From the NCBI GenBank assembly GCA_021295785.1, contig JAGWBR010000003.1:65236-129235 (forward strand): 64,000 nt of DNA. The letters are read 5' to 3'. The stretch comes from Gemmatimonadota bacterium (GTDB lineage Bacteria > Gemmatimonadota > Gemmatimonadetes > Palauibacterales > Palauibacteraceae). The position numbers and the translations under genes are program-made. The notes beneath the pieces are model-generated. The model searched no databases. It was not told where the DNA came from and saw nothing but the letters and a program-made list of their open reading frames with translations. Positions 21,724 through 31,790 of this stretch are shown here, in pieces (position 1 is the first letter of the stretch; every line of letters starts with the position of its first letter).

Positions 21724-23330
21724 TTAAGCCCCGGCGCCGGCAGTTTCGTCGGTGCCGCCTGCCTCCTCAAGGGCCTTGTTCAGCTCGCGCCGTGCGGTCC
21801 GCGTAACTAACGCCACAACCAAGACCGTGGCGACCAAACCGGCAACCAGCAGTGCGGTCTGTCCCCAATCGGCCGCCCCGCCCGCGGCCGCCGCCACTTC
21901 GGCCCCCGCCGCGCCGAAATAGACGTAGAGCATGGTCCCCGGCAGCATGGCGACCAACGAAGACGCCAGGTAGTGCCGGTGTTTCGCCTTGGTCAATCCG
22001 TAGAAGTAGTTCTGGACATTGAAGGGGAACGCCGGCGACAGTCGGGTCAACACAATTACGCGCCACCCCTGTTTCTCGACCGCGCGGTCCACGGCCTGGA
22101 GCCTCTTCCGACCGGAGAGCCACTTCTCGACCCTGGATCGCAGCAGGTACCGGGCCACCAGGAACGCGAGGTTGGCGCCGAGGTTGGCACCCGCGACGAC
22201 AGTCGCAGTGCCCAGTCCAAACCCGAAGGCCACTCCGGCGCCGATTGTCATCAGGGAGGCCGGAATCAGGCAGACGACCAGTACGGCATAAATGAGGGCG
22301 TATACCACCGGCCCCAACCATCCAAGGTTCGTGACCCATTCACCCAGAGCATCGACCTTCTGGCCCAACCACCCGCGCTCGGACGCCCCTTTTCCCGAAG
22401 CGCCCGATTCCTGGCTGTCCTGGTCGGTCCCCCCTCCGAACGGAAACGGTACCAGCCCGGCCTGAAGCTGCCGGGGTTCGGGCTCCTGCCCGGTGCCCCC
22501 CGTAGCCTGATTGAGGTCCCAATCGTAATCCACAATCTCCACGCGGATTCCCGGGTTGGCCGCTACCGCAGCCCGCACTTCTTCAGTAGCGTACATCGCT
22601 ACGAACCGCGGGATGGTCTCGGCCCGCGGGGTCCACCCCTGCTCCGTGAAATCGGTCCCGTACCAGTCGAAGTAGCTGCTGAGGTACAGTCGCCCGTTAC
22701 GGAGGGTGACATTGGTCGGATCCGTCAGGAAGGACCGGGATCGCTCCTCCAACTGGGACTCCAGTTCGGTCCCGTTGAACGCCCAGTTGGGGAGCGGAGC
22801 GCACGACATGGAGGCGCAGTTGACCGCGAAGTGAATCCGCGGGTCCCGCCAGAACGGCCTGAGCACGTTGTGTTCGATGTTGTCCAGAGTGAGCCGGTGC
22901 CCTCCCACGTTCCATGTGCGGTCGGTCCACACGCCGTCAATCTCGCGGATCGAACTGACGCCCCAATCGTCGAGAATCGCCGCCACCGTGATCGCGTTGT
23001 AGGCATTGATCAAGAAAGCCATCAACTCGTCGGCGGCCAGCGAGGCGAGGTTCGCGGCCGCAATCTGGCCGAGGTAAACGTCCAGCAGATTCCTGTTGTC
23101 GATCATGTACTGGTAGTCCACCAGCCCCTCGCGGGCCCCGCCGCGCAGAAGCTCGTCCCAGATGCTGTGATCGAACGTGGCGGTGCCGCCCTCCAGGGCA
23201 GCTTGGACCTGCTGCGCCACCGGACCCTCGATCGCCTGCGACACCGGGGCCGAACACGCCGGCAGGGGCACGGCGACCAGCACGACGGCGCACGCCGTGG
23301 CACGGGCCCCGCTCCATCTCGAGCGAAACC
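21724..23330 (-). CDS. Fusion protein: DUF547 domain + DedA/TVP38 (SNARE-associated) membrane domain
   Basis: N-terminal lipoprotein-like signal (AVVLVAVPLPACSAP). DUF547 motifs (FLINAYNAITV, SYFDWYGTDF). C-terminal DedA/TVP38 TM region (LGPVVYALIYAVLVVCLIP...VLTRLSPAFPFNVQNYFYGLT). Start approximate; the six-frame ORF extends to 23583. Confidence 0.65.
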
Positions 23331-23366
23331 CCACGGGCCGCTTCCGCGGCCGGCCGCGGGTCGGAA

Positions 23367-24677
23367 TCACCGCGGGATCTCCAGTCGGTCGTGCACTGCC
23401 AGAATACGCTGGATTTCTTCGTGGGGCAGACCGTGCACCACGTTGCCGTCTCGGCCCGTCATGGTCCGGGCCGCCACCATGGCGTTGGTAATAGCTTCCT
23501 CGGTGGCCAGCGCCGTCGCCAGCATGAGCGGCGACATGCGCGGATTTGAAACCATCGATAATCCGGCTCCTTCCTGTGTCCACGCGCCCTCGTTGGCTGT
23601 TGAGAACGCGATGAAGATGTCGCCCGAACTGTCGGCGCCGTAGCCCCCCATCCGCCCGATGCCAACCGGCACCCGGCGCGCGAGACGCTTCAGCTGATGC
23701 GGCAAAAGCGGTGCGTCCGTCGCAACAACCACGATTATCGAGCTTCCGCCCCGGGGTTGGTTTTCCAGCGTCCCGGCGCCTGGTTCACCGGACCCATCTC
23801 CCGCGCCGTTTTCCCTCCCGCCCGCGGGCGGCCAGCCCAGTAGTTCTCGGCCGACGGGCACGCCAGCGATCAGCAGTTCGGGTCTGCGCCCGTAGTTGCA
23901 CTGAACCAGGACGCCCACCGTGTAGGACCCCACGACCCGCGAAGAGGTCCCGATCCCGCCCTTGAACGAGTTGCACACCATCCCGGTGCCGCCCCCGACT
24001 GAGCCCTCGCTGACCGGGCCGCCGGCCGCCGACTCGATGGCCGCGAACACATGCCGCTTGCGGACGTGAAACCCGTTGATGTCGTTCAGCCGCCCGTCCC
24101 AAGTCTCCGCCACGACGGGCAGGCTCCACCAAACCCCCGGCGCATCTGGATTCAGTGCGGCGGCATTCCGCGACCACTCGATGGTGGCCTGATGGACCGT
24201 CCCCACGCTGTGGGTATTGGTGATCATGACCGGACCCTCGAGGAACCCGGACTCCTCCACCCAGGTGGTCCCCGTCATTTCGCCGTTTCCGTTCAGCGAA
24301 TACCAACCCGCGAACACCGGTTCGCTGGTGCCGGTCCGGGGGAAAACAGCCGTGACGCCGGTGCGGACCGGCCCCTGCCCCACGACCAGCGGGCCATCGC
24401 CCTCGATAATGGTGGAGTGCCCTACCCTGACTCCTTCCACGTCGGTAATGGCGTTGAGCGGTCCCGGGACGCCCTGGAACGGGATGCCGAGATCCCTTGC
24501 CCTTGGAGCGCCCGCGCCCGGGTCCTGACCCCGGGCGGCCGACGGCAGCAGCAGGCAGAGGCCAAACAGCAGGCCCGCACTTCTAGCGGAACGCGCTCTG
24601 GATCCCAAGGGTGAAAACCGTGGAAGGGCGGAAACCGAAGCTCCCCGGAAGCGGGGCAAGAAAATCGCTGACAACAT
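23367..24677 (-). CDS. DmpA/OAT (peptidase S58, L-aminopeptidase/D-Ala-esterase-amidase) family protein, secreted
   Basis: ITDVEGVRVGHSTI...GVTAVFP...GFLEGPVMITNTHSVG...GGTGMVCNSFKGGIGTSS...SIIVVVATDAPLL are DmpA family signatures. Signal peptide LLFGLCLLLPSAARGQ. Start uncertain: the ATG at 24677 would give a 95-nt same-strand overlap with the upstream gene. Confidence 0.75.
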   Translation of the reverse strand: MLSAIFLPRFRGASVSALPRFSPLGSRARSARSAGLLFGLCLLLPSAARGQDPGAGAPRARDLGIPFQGVPGPLNAITDVEGVRVGHSTIIEGDGPLVVGQGPVRTGVTAVFPRTGTSEPVFAGWYSLNGNGEMTGTTWVEESGFLEGPVMITNTHSVGTVHQATIEWSRNAAALNPDAPGVWWSLPVVAETWDGRLNDINGFHVRKRHVFAAIESAAGGPVSEGSVGGGTGMVCNSFKGGIGTSSRVVGSYTVGVLVQCNYGRRPELLIAGVPVGRELLGWPPAGGRENGAGDGSGEPGAGTLENQPRGGSSIIVVVATDAPLLPHQLKRLARRVPVGIGRMGGYGADSSGDIFIAFSTANEGAWTQEGAGLSMVSNPRMSPLMLATALATEEAITNAMVAARTMTGRDGNVVHGLPHEEIQRILAVHDRLEIPR

Positions 24678-25989
24678 CCAGCATCCCCCCGATTCTGGCC
24701 TTGAAGCCGAGACTGGCGTTGAGGTAACCGCGGAACGGATCGTTGATTTCAATGGGAGAGACCTCGGTGTTGACGCCGGCCGGTATAATTGCCGGGGGCG
24801 GGGCGGCGGGGCCGCTCCCCCGGAATTCCCAGCCTCCCTGAAGCCCGCCCGAAATCGAAAGTCCCCGCTGGGGCCGGTAGTCCGCACCGACGCCGACCAG
24901 CGCCTGGTCCCTTTCCGGGTTTTCGGCCCGGGCAAGGTAGCCGAGGTTGGCGTGCCAGCTCATCACTTTCGAGCGAGCCGTAAACGCGGCGATCACCCGC
25001 GCCCGCGCCTCGCCCGCACCGAGCAGATCGTCGGCCGCACCCGTTGGCAGCGACACTTCGGCCAGCAGCGCGCCCGTGACACGCGGCGGGCCGCCCGCCG
25101 CGGGCACCCCGTGAGCCCCGCCACCAATGCTGAGCCTCATCCGGGCCGCCAAGTCACCCATCCCGGTGGCAGTTCCCCTGACCTCCCTGCTTGCACCCAG
25201 CACAGGAATTGACGGCGTGCCGCCGAACCGGTGCGGACGACCCGGATCGATGGTTACTATCGCTGCTTCCGACGACGCATTCAGGGTGGTGGTCACCGCC
25301 GGCACCGTCAGGCCGAAGTCCAGAAAATCCGTCAAACCCAGACCGAGGCCGAAGTTGACCCGCATCATGTCCAGAGCAATGGTCGAAGACGCCGAAATGA
25401 CGTCTGTTTCGGAAGACTCGCCGGGCTCCGGCGGACCGTGGACGAAAACCGTCGAAAACCCGGAGGTGGATGTTCCGTTGATTCGGTTGAACCGGGCGAA
25501 ACTCGCGTCAACACCCAGGTTGAAACGGCCCCGGCCCAGCGTCATTGCCCGGAGGAGCCTGGTCGGACCGGGGTCTTCTTCGTCGGCCAGGACCCGCCCC
25601 AGGAACGGCGTGGCCAGGGGCATGTTCCCGGGAACCTCGTTCAGAACACCGGTCAAGAACGAAATCACCGCCGCGTTGGACGGGGAATTCTCCGGCACGA
25701 AATGGCTGTCGTGCCCGCCCGGATCGCCCGTCGTCGGCTGAAGGCACAGCGGCGCGCCGCATTCGATATAGTCGAAAAGGGACTCCAGAAGGCTGCTCAT
25801 CGACTGCCCCCGCACAGACCCGGGCGCTCCAGCGGCCAACAATGCCGGCACCAGGAAGAACTTCGGGACGCGATGTGTTCTCAAGATCTCGTGCCTTCTG
25901 GCGGTGGGGAGCGCATTTTCGGCAATTGAGCGCGTCTCTGGCGGTGAGGCGCCCGTTTCCCGCGGCGCGGAGCTTACATTACACTTCAA
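24583..25989 (-). CDS. Hypothetical outer-membrane beta-barrel protein
   Basis: Signal peptide (FFLVPALLAAGAPGSVRGQ). Alternating amphipathic beta-strand pattern. C-terminal ...VFTLGIQSAFR resembles an OMP terminal strand. No family recognised. Confidence 0.45.
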   Translation of the reverse strand: MKCNVSSAPRETGASPPETRSIAENALPTARRHEILRTHRVPKFFLVPALLAAGAPGSVRGQSMSSLLESLFDYIECGAPLCLQPTTGDPGGHDSHFVPENSPSNAAVISFLTGVLNEVPGNMPLATPFLGRVLADEEDPGPTRLLRAMTLGRGRFNLGVDASFARFNRINGTSTSGFSTVFVHGPPEPGESSETDVISASSTIALDMMRVNFGLGLGLTDFLDFGLTVPAVTTTLNASSEAAIVTIDPGRPHRFGGTPSIPVLGASREVRGTATGMGDLAARMRLSIGGGAHGVPAAGGPPRVTGALLAEVSLPTGAADDLLGAGEARARVIAAFTARSKVMSWHANLGYLARAENPERDQALVGVGADYRPQRGLSISGGLQGGWEFRGSGPAAPPPAIIPAGVNTEVSPIEINDPFRGYLNASLGFKARIGGMLDVVSDFLAPLPGSFGFRPSTVFTLGIQSAFR

Positions 25990-26102
25990 GGGTCACCTTT
26001 GCTTTGGCCGGACGGCAGGTCGCGTCCTTCACCACCGCTGCGACAGGAGGCTGTTGATCAACGCCCACACCGGGAATTGCTAGCCGCCCGCCGGAGGCTC
26101 GG

Positions 26103-27893
26103 ATGACCTCCCCAGCTCCCCTTACACACCAAGATCACGACGTGATTGTGGTCGGCTCCGGCGCGGGGGGGGGGATGGCCGCCTACGTGCTCGCCTGCCA
26201 CGGGGCGAAGGTGCTCCTGCTGGAGGCGGGCCGCGACTACGATCCCGTCACCGAGACGCCGATGTTCCAGCTTCCCCGGGAAGCGCCGCTGAGGGGAGCC
26301 GGCACCCAAGACAAGCCGTTCGGGTTCTACGACGCCACGGTGGACGGCGGGTGGACGGTACCGGGCGAGCCCTACAGCTCTGCCGAGGGGACGAATTTCA
26401 TGTGGTGGCGCGCACGGATGCTGGGCGGACGCACAAACCACTGGGGCCGCATCTCGCTCCGGATGGGTCCCTACGATTTCAAGCCGCGCAGCAGGGACGG
26501 GCTGGGAGCCGATTGGCCGCTTACCTACGACGACCTGGCCCCGTATTACGATCGCACCGAGATGTTCGTCGGGGTCTACGGGTCCAACGAAGGACTGGAG
26601 AACACGCCCAATTCCTCGCCCGGAGTACTCCAGCCACCCCCCGCCCCACGGGCTTACGAACTCCTGACCCGCGACGCGTGCAGGGGGATGGGCATTCCCG
26701 TGATTCCCGCCCACTTGGCCATTCTGACCGAGCGGATGGACGGCGCCGCTTTGGCCCGCGGACTCTGGCCCAACAACGCCACGGCGCGCCGGGTCACCGA
26801 AGAGGCGATGAACGAACGGCTGGCGTGCTTCTGGGCCACGCCGTGCGGCCGGGGGTGTTCGATCAAGGCCAACTTCCAGACGCCGACGGTCTGCCTTCCC
26901 CCCGCGCTCGCGACCGGCAACCTTGACATCGTAACTGACGCGATGGTCCGCGAGGTGACCGTGGACTCGGCCGACCGGGCCTCTGGAGTCCATTACATCG
27001 ACCGCCGTACCCGGGAAGATGTCTGGGTCGGCGGGCGGACCGTCGTGCTGGCGGCCAGCGCCTGCGAGTCGGCGCGCATTCTCCTGAATTCGGTCAGCGG
27101 GCCGTTTCCCGACGGCTTGGGCAACGGAAGCGGTCTGGTCGGCAAATACCTGATGGACACCGTGGGCGCCGGTGTTTACGCACAGATCCCCGCCCTCGAA
27201 AACCTGCCCCGGCACGCGGAGGAGGGCGCTTCGGCGATGCACATGTACATGCCGTGGTGGCTGTACGGAGAGCAGCTTGCCGGGCAGCTCAATTTTGCCC
27301 GCGGCTACCACGTTGAGTTCGGCGGCGGGCAGCGGATGCCCGGATACGGCGCGTTCGGCGGCTTGGAACCACTGACCGACGGAGCCTACGGTCAGCGCTT
27401 CAAGGAAGAGTGCCGGCGGTATTACGGCTCGTTCGTGTTCTTTGACGGGCGCGGAGAGATGATTCCCAACGAAGACAGCTACTGCGAACTCGACACCGAC
27501 CAGCTTGACCAGTGGGGCATTCCCACGCTGCGGTTCCACTGGAAATGGTCCGAGCACGAACTGAACCAGGCCGTGCACATGCAGCACACTTTCGCGGGGA
27601 TTGTGGAAGAGATGGGGGGACAGGTGCTTTCCACCGTGCAGACCGACGGTTCTCGTGCGATTGCGGCCCCCGGCCAGATCATCCACGAGGTCGGCTGCGC
27701 CCGCATGGGCGACGACCCGTCGGACTCGGTCCTTAACCAGTACTGCCAGTCCTGGGAGGTCCCCAATCTGTTCGTCATGGACGGTGCTCCGTTCGTGTCG
27801 AACGCCGACAAGAATCCAACTCTGTCCATTATGGCCCTGGCTTGGCGCTCGTCGGACTACCTGGCCGAACAACTCCGCACGGGGGCACTGTGA
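26103..27893 (+). CDS. GMC-family FAD-dependent oxidoreductase (gluconate 2-dehydrogenase flavoprotein-like)
   Basis: HDVIVVGSGAGGGMAAYVLACHGAKVLLLEAG is the FAD Rossmann fold. GMC_oxred_N/C signatures. C-terminal HEVGCARMGDDPSDSV with the catalytic His region. Confidence 0.9.
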   Translation: MTSPAPLTHQDHDVIVVGSGAGGGMAAYVLACHGAKVLLLEAGRDYDPVTETPMFQLPREAPLRGAGTQDKPFGFYDATVDGGWTVPGEPYSSAEGTNFMWWRARMLGGRTNHWGRISLRMGPYDFKPRSRDGLGADWPLTYDDLAPYYDRTEMFVGVYGSNEGLENTPNSSPGVLQPPPAPRAYELLTRDACRGMGIPVIPAHLAILTERMDGAALARGLWPNNATARRVTEEAMNERLACFWATPCGRGCSIKANFQTPTVCLPPALATGNLDIVTDAMVREVTVDSADRASGVHYIDRRTREDVWVGGRTVVLAASACESARILLNSVSGPFPDGLGNGSGLVGKYLMDTVGAGVYAQIPALENLPRHAEEGASAMHMYMPWWLYGEQLAGQLNFARGYHVEFGGGQRMPGYGAFGGLEPLTDGAYGQRFKEECRRYYGSFVFFDGRGEMIPNEDSYCELDTDQLDQWGIPTLRFHWKWSEHELNQAVHMQHTFAGIVEEMGGQVLSTVQTDGSRAIAAPGQIIHEVGCARMGDDPSDSVLNQYCQSWEVPNLFVMDGAPFVSNADKNPTLSIMALAWRSSDYLAEQLRTGAL

Positions 27894-28579
27894 GCGGCGT
27901 CACCCGCCGGCGGATGCTCAAGACCCTCGCCGCGGGCGCCGCGGGGGCAGCGGGGGCCGTTGGGTCGGCGGGGTGCGGCGGGGACGGGCGTCCCGGAGAC
28001 AGCGGTGGAGCCGCCCGTGGCAGCGGCGCGGGCCGTGCGGCAGGCGGTCCGGGCAATCCCCTCGCTGCCGGCACGCCTACCGACCCTGACCTCATCAACC
28101 CGACCGTCCCGTGGGATTCGGTCCTGACAGAAGACGAACTGCGGCGGCTCGCCGCCCTGTGCGACGTGATAATCCCGGCCGACGACCGTTCGCCTGCGGC
28201 CGCCTCGATCGGTGCCCAGGATTTCATCAACGAATGGGTCAGCGCGCCGTACGAGGGCAACCAGAACGACCTCACTCTGATCCGCGGCGGGCTCGCTTGG
28301 CTCGACCGTGAGGCGACGGCGCGGTTCGGATCGGAGTTCTCCGGGTTGCCCGCGGCGCAGGCCCGCGCGATTTGCGACGACATATGCATGGAGAGCCGCG
28401 CGGCGCCGGAGTTCAAGACGGCCGCCCGGTTTTTTGACCGAGTCCGGGACCTTACGTCGACTGCGTTCTGGACCTCGGCCGAAGGGATGGAAGACCTCGG
28501 ATTCGTGGGGAATCGACCGATGGCCAGCTTTGAGGGTCCGCCGCGGGAGGTCCTGGACCTGCTCGGCATCACCCCGTGA
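27890..28579 (+). CDS. Gluconate 2-dehydrogenase subunit-3-family small subunit with Tat signal
   Basis: GTG at 27890 overlaps the GMC stop (GTGA). VSGVTRRRMLKTLAAGAAGAAGA is a twin-arginine motif. Conserved DELRRLAALCDVIIPADDRSPAAASIGAQDFINEWV. Confidence 0.7.
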   Translation: MSGVTRRRMLKTLAAGAAGAAGAVGSAGCGGDGRPGDSGGAARGSGAGRAAGGPGNPLAAGTPTDPDLINPTVPWDSVLTEDELRRLAALCDVIIPADDRSPAAASIGAQDFINEWVSAPYEGNQNDLTLIRGGLAWLDREATARFGSEFSGLPAAQARAICDDICMESRAAPEFKTAARFFDRVRDLTSTAFWTSAEGMEDLGFVGNRPMASFEGPPREVLDLLGITP

Positions 28580-28626
28580 CCGGGCCACACTGCCAGCCGG
28601 GGACCAGACAAAGGAGAGAACACGGC

Positions 28627-29997
28627 ATGAATCACAAGACACCCAGGGACAATTCCACCATGACCAAGGGTCTGACACGCCGTTCTTTTTTGGGCGCATC
28701 GGCTGCAGGGGCCGGGTTGGCCATTGTTCCCGGGAAGGTGCTTGGACGCTCGGGGCCTGTCCCGAGCGATGTTCTCAACGTGGCCCACATTGGTGTGGGC
28801 GGCATGGGGTCGGGCGATGTTAACGGCATGGCGGACGCCGGCGAGAACATCTACGCCCTGTGCGATGTGGACGAGCACCAGGCCGAGGGGTCGTGGGGCC
28901 GGTACCCGAAGGCTAAACGTTATTCCGATTTCCGCCAGATGCTCGAAACCGAGGCCGGCAACATCGATGCGGTAGTCATTTCGACTCCGGACCACACTCA
29001 CGCCGTCGCGGGAATGATGGCCCTGGGACTGGGCATCCCGACCCGCATCCAGAAACCGCTGGCCATCTGCATCTGGGAGGTTCGCGAGCTGGTTCGGGCC
29101 GCCAACGAGGCCGGCGTCGCCACCCAAATGGGAAACCAGGGACACGCCGACGACGGCACCCGCCTGATGCGCGAATGGTACGAGGCCGGTGCGATCGGCG
29201 AGATTCAGCGCATCGAGTACTGGACCAACCGGCCGATCTGGCCGCAGGCCCTCGACCGTCCCAGCGAGGCGCATTACGTGCCCCCCTGGCTCAACTGGGA
29301 TCTGTGGCTGGGCCCCGCCGCCGAGCGTCCCTACCACCCCGGATACGCTCCCTTCAACTGGAGGGGCTGGTGGGACTTCGGCACCGGCGCGCTGGGCGAC
29401 ATCGCCTGCCACGCCATGGACGCCGCCTTCTGGACGTTCGATCTGGGTACGCCCGAGCGGGTCGCGGGTGAATCCACAACCCTGTTTGACGAGACGGCCC
29501 CGCTGGCGTCGCGCATCGAGTACGACTTCCCCGCCAAGCCGGGCCGCGGACCGATCAAGGTGGTGTGGCGCGACGGGAGTTTCTCGCCGCCGAGATTGCC
29601 GGGGGTGGGCGCCGACGACCAGTGGCCCCCCGAATGGAGCGGGCAGATCTGGGTCGGTTCCGATGGGATGATGCGGTCCGGGATCTACGGCGACAACCCG
29701 AGGTTGATGGACCCCGTGCGCGACGAGGAGATCAAGGCCAATCCGGTGCCCGAGACCTACCCCAGGACGGAGGGCGTCTACGAGGAATTCGCCGAAGCCG
29801 CCAGAGGAGGGACGCCCGCCGGATCCAACTTCCCCGAACACGCTGGCCCCCTGACCGAAATGGTGCTGCTCGGGAACCTGGCCATCCGCAGCGGGCGGGA
29901 ACTGCGCCTGGACCCCGCCACCGGCGAGATCCTCAACGCGGCGGCCATTCCCCCGGAGCAGATTCGCGTGCCGTACCGGGAGGGCTGGGGCTGGTAA
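28627..29997 (+). CDS. Gfo/Idh/MocA-family oxidoreductase with Tat signal peptide (periplasmic)
   Basis: MNHKTPRDNSTMTKGLTRRSFLGASAAGAGLAIVPG is a Tat motif. NAD-binding LNVAHIGVGGMGSGDV. C-terminal GFO_IDH_MocA_C-like region. The alternative ATG at 28660 is also possible. Confidence 0.8.
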   Translation: MNHKTPRDNSTMTKGLTRRSFLGASAAGAGLAIVPGKVLGRSGPVPSDVLNVAHIGVGGMGSGDVNGMADAGENIYALCDVDEHQAEGSWGRYPKAKRYSDFRQMLETEAGNIDAVVISTPDHTHAVAGMMALGLGIPTRIQKPLAICIWEVRELVRAANEAGVATQMGNQGHADDGTRLMREWYEAGAIGEIQRIEYWTNRPIWPQALDRPSEAHYVPPWLNWDLWLGPAAERPYHPGYAPFNWRGWWDFGTGALGDIACHAMDAAFWTFDLGTPERVAGESTTLFDETAPLASRIEYDFPAKPGRGPIKVVWRDGSFSPPRLPGVGADDQWPPEWSGQIWVGSDGMMRSGIYGDNPRLMDPVRDEEIKANPVPETYPRTEGVYEEFAEAARGGTPAGSNFPEHAGPLTEMVLLGNLAIRSGRELRLDPATGEILNAAAIPPEQIRVPYREGWGW

Positions 29998-30020
29998 CCG
30001 GCTGGGGGATTGCTTCCTGA

Positions 30021-31790
30021 ATGCAACTGACCGGGTTGGACTGGTGGGTCCTCGCGGGCTACGGGCTGATGGCCGTTTGCGCCGGATTGTATTTCGCGCG
30101 GAGGGCGGGCCGCAGCCAGGGCGAGTTTTTCCTGGCCGGGCGGAAACTCCCGTGGTGGTTGCTCGGGACCTCAATGGTCGCGACCACTTTCTCCACGGAC
30201 ACTCCGAACCTGGTCACCGACCTGGTGCGCAACGGCGGTGTGAGCCGGAACTGGGAGTGGTGGGCGTTTCTGATCACCGCCATGTGCACCACGTTCTTCT
30301 ACGCGAAGCTGTGGCGGCGGTCCGAGGTGTTCACCGACATGGGGTTCTACGAACTCCGCTACTCGGGGCGTCCCGCGTCGTTCTTGCGGGGCTTCCGGGC
30401 CGTTTACCTGGGCCTGTTCTTCAACGTTGTCATCATGGCCACTGTTACCCTCGCCGCTATCAAGATCGCCGGCATTCTGCTGGGCGCGGACCGATACACC
30501 ACGGTCGTCGTTGCCGGGACCGCCACTGCGTTATATGCCGCCACATCAGGACTGTGGGGGGTCGTTGCGACGGACCTGATTCTGTTTGCGATCGCCATGG
30601 TGGGTTCGGTCGGGGCTGCGTATTACGCCGTTACCCACCCGGCGGTGGGGGGGCTGGCGGCCATGACCGAACACCCCGCCATCGCGGACAGCCTGGCGAT
30701 GGTCCCCGACCCAACCAACTGGTCGGTTTTTGTGCCGGTCTTGCTCGTGCCGATTGCCGTCCAGTGGTGGTCTACCTGGTATCCGGGGTCCGAGCCCGGG
30801 GGCGGCGGATACGCGGCACAGCGGATGCTGGCAGCCAGGACCGAACAGGATGCCATGAAGGCCACGCTGTGGTTCAACATCGCCCACTACGCGCTGCGAC
30901 CGTGGCCGTGGATTCTGGTGGCTCTGGCTTCGCTGGCCGTCTACCCGACGGTCGACGCTCTGGCCGAGGCCTTCCCCGGGCTGGATCCCGCCATCTTGGG
31001 CGACGACTTGGCCTACCCGGCCATGCTAACGCACATGCCGGCCGGCCTGCGGGGGCTGGTGGTGGCTTCGCTGGCGGCCGCGTTCATGTCGACCATCTCG
31101 ACCCATCTGAACTGGGGGTCCAGTTACCTGGTGCACGACTTCTACCGCCGGTTCGCGGCGAAAGACCGGAGCGAGCGCCACTACATCATGGCCGCCCGAG
31201 TCTCGACCGTGCTTCTGATTGTGCTCTCCTCCGTGCTGGCTCTGTTCCTGACCGGCGCGGAACAGGCGTTCCACTTGATCTTGGCACTGCACGCGGGCAG
31301 CGGTCTGGTGTTCCTGCTGCGCTGGTTCTGGTGGAGGGTAAACGCCTGGTCGGAGATCTCCGCGATGGCGGCGTCCGCGGCGACTGCGCTGTGGTTTGCG
31401 CTTTTCCATGAAGCCTTGGGGCTGGGAGCCCTGAACAGCTCGGTCAGGCTGGTAATGGGCGTAGCGATTACCTCCGCCGTCTGGTTGGGCGTGACTTTCC
31501 TGACACCGCCAACCGAGAAGGCCAAGATGCAGGCGTTCCATGACCGGGTCCGGCCATTTTCGGTCGGCTGGCGGCGGGCGGTGGATACCTCGGGAGTCGA
31601 ACCGGGGGGACTGGCGGCGAGCATGCTGGCCTGGGCGCTGGGCTGCGCTACCGTGTACCTGGCGCTGTTCGCGGCGGGAATGGCCCTCTACGGCCGAACC
31701 GGCCCTGCGATCACGTTTGGCGTGTTGACCGCGGCGTCGGGGGTATGGTTGTTCCGCGTTCTGCCCAGGGCGTCGCAGACAACGGCCTAG
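30021..31790 (+). CDS. Sodium:solute symporter (SSS) family transporter
   Basis: 13-14 predicted TM helices. N-terminal LDWWVLAGYGLMAVCAGLYFARRAGRSQGEFFLAGRKLPWWLLGTSMVATTFSTDTP is typical of SSS/SglT-like transporters. Confidence 0.85.
   Translation: MQLTGLDWWVLAGYGLMAVCAGLYFARRAGRSQGEFFLAGRKLPWWLLGTSMVATTFSTDTPNLVTDLVRNGGVSRNWEWWAFLITAMCTTFFYAKLWRRSEVFTDMGFYELRYSGRPASFLRGFRAVYLGLFFNVVIMATVTLAAIKIAGILLGADRYTTVVVAGTATALYAATSGLWGVVATDLILFAIAMVGSVGAAYYAVTHPAVGGLAAMTEHPAIADSLAMVPDPTNWSVFVPVLLVPIAVQWWSTWYPGSEPGGGGYAAQRMLAARTEQDAMKATLWFNIAHYALRPWPWILVALASLAVYPTVDALAEAFPGLDPAILGDDLAYPAMLTHMPAGLRGLVVASLAAAFMSTISTHLNWGSSYLVHDFYRRFAAKDRSERHYIMAARVSTVLLIVLSSVLALFLTGAEQAFHLILALHAGSGLVFLLRWFWWRVNAWSEISAMAASAATALWFALFHEALGLGALNSSVRLVMGVAITSAVWLGVTFLTPPTEKAKMQAFHDRVRPFSVGWRRAVDTSGVEPGGLAASMLAWALGCATVYLALFAAGMALYGRTGPAITFGVLTAASGVWLFRVLPRASQTTA

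Noticed and set aside
21973-23643. 556-aa plus-strand ORF antisense to the DUF547-DedA gene
   Set aside because: No motifs, Arg/Pro-rich. The minus-strand frame carries recognisable DUF547 and DedA signatures.
27829-30174. 781-aa minus-strand ORF (and 27857-28699 minus) spanning the GMC small-subunit and Gfo/Idh/MocA genes
   Set aside because: Antisense to two well-supported genes. The translation is low-complexity Arg/Pro/Gly/Ala-rich with no motifs. This is the typical GC-rich open-frame artefact.
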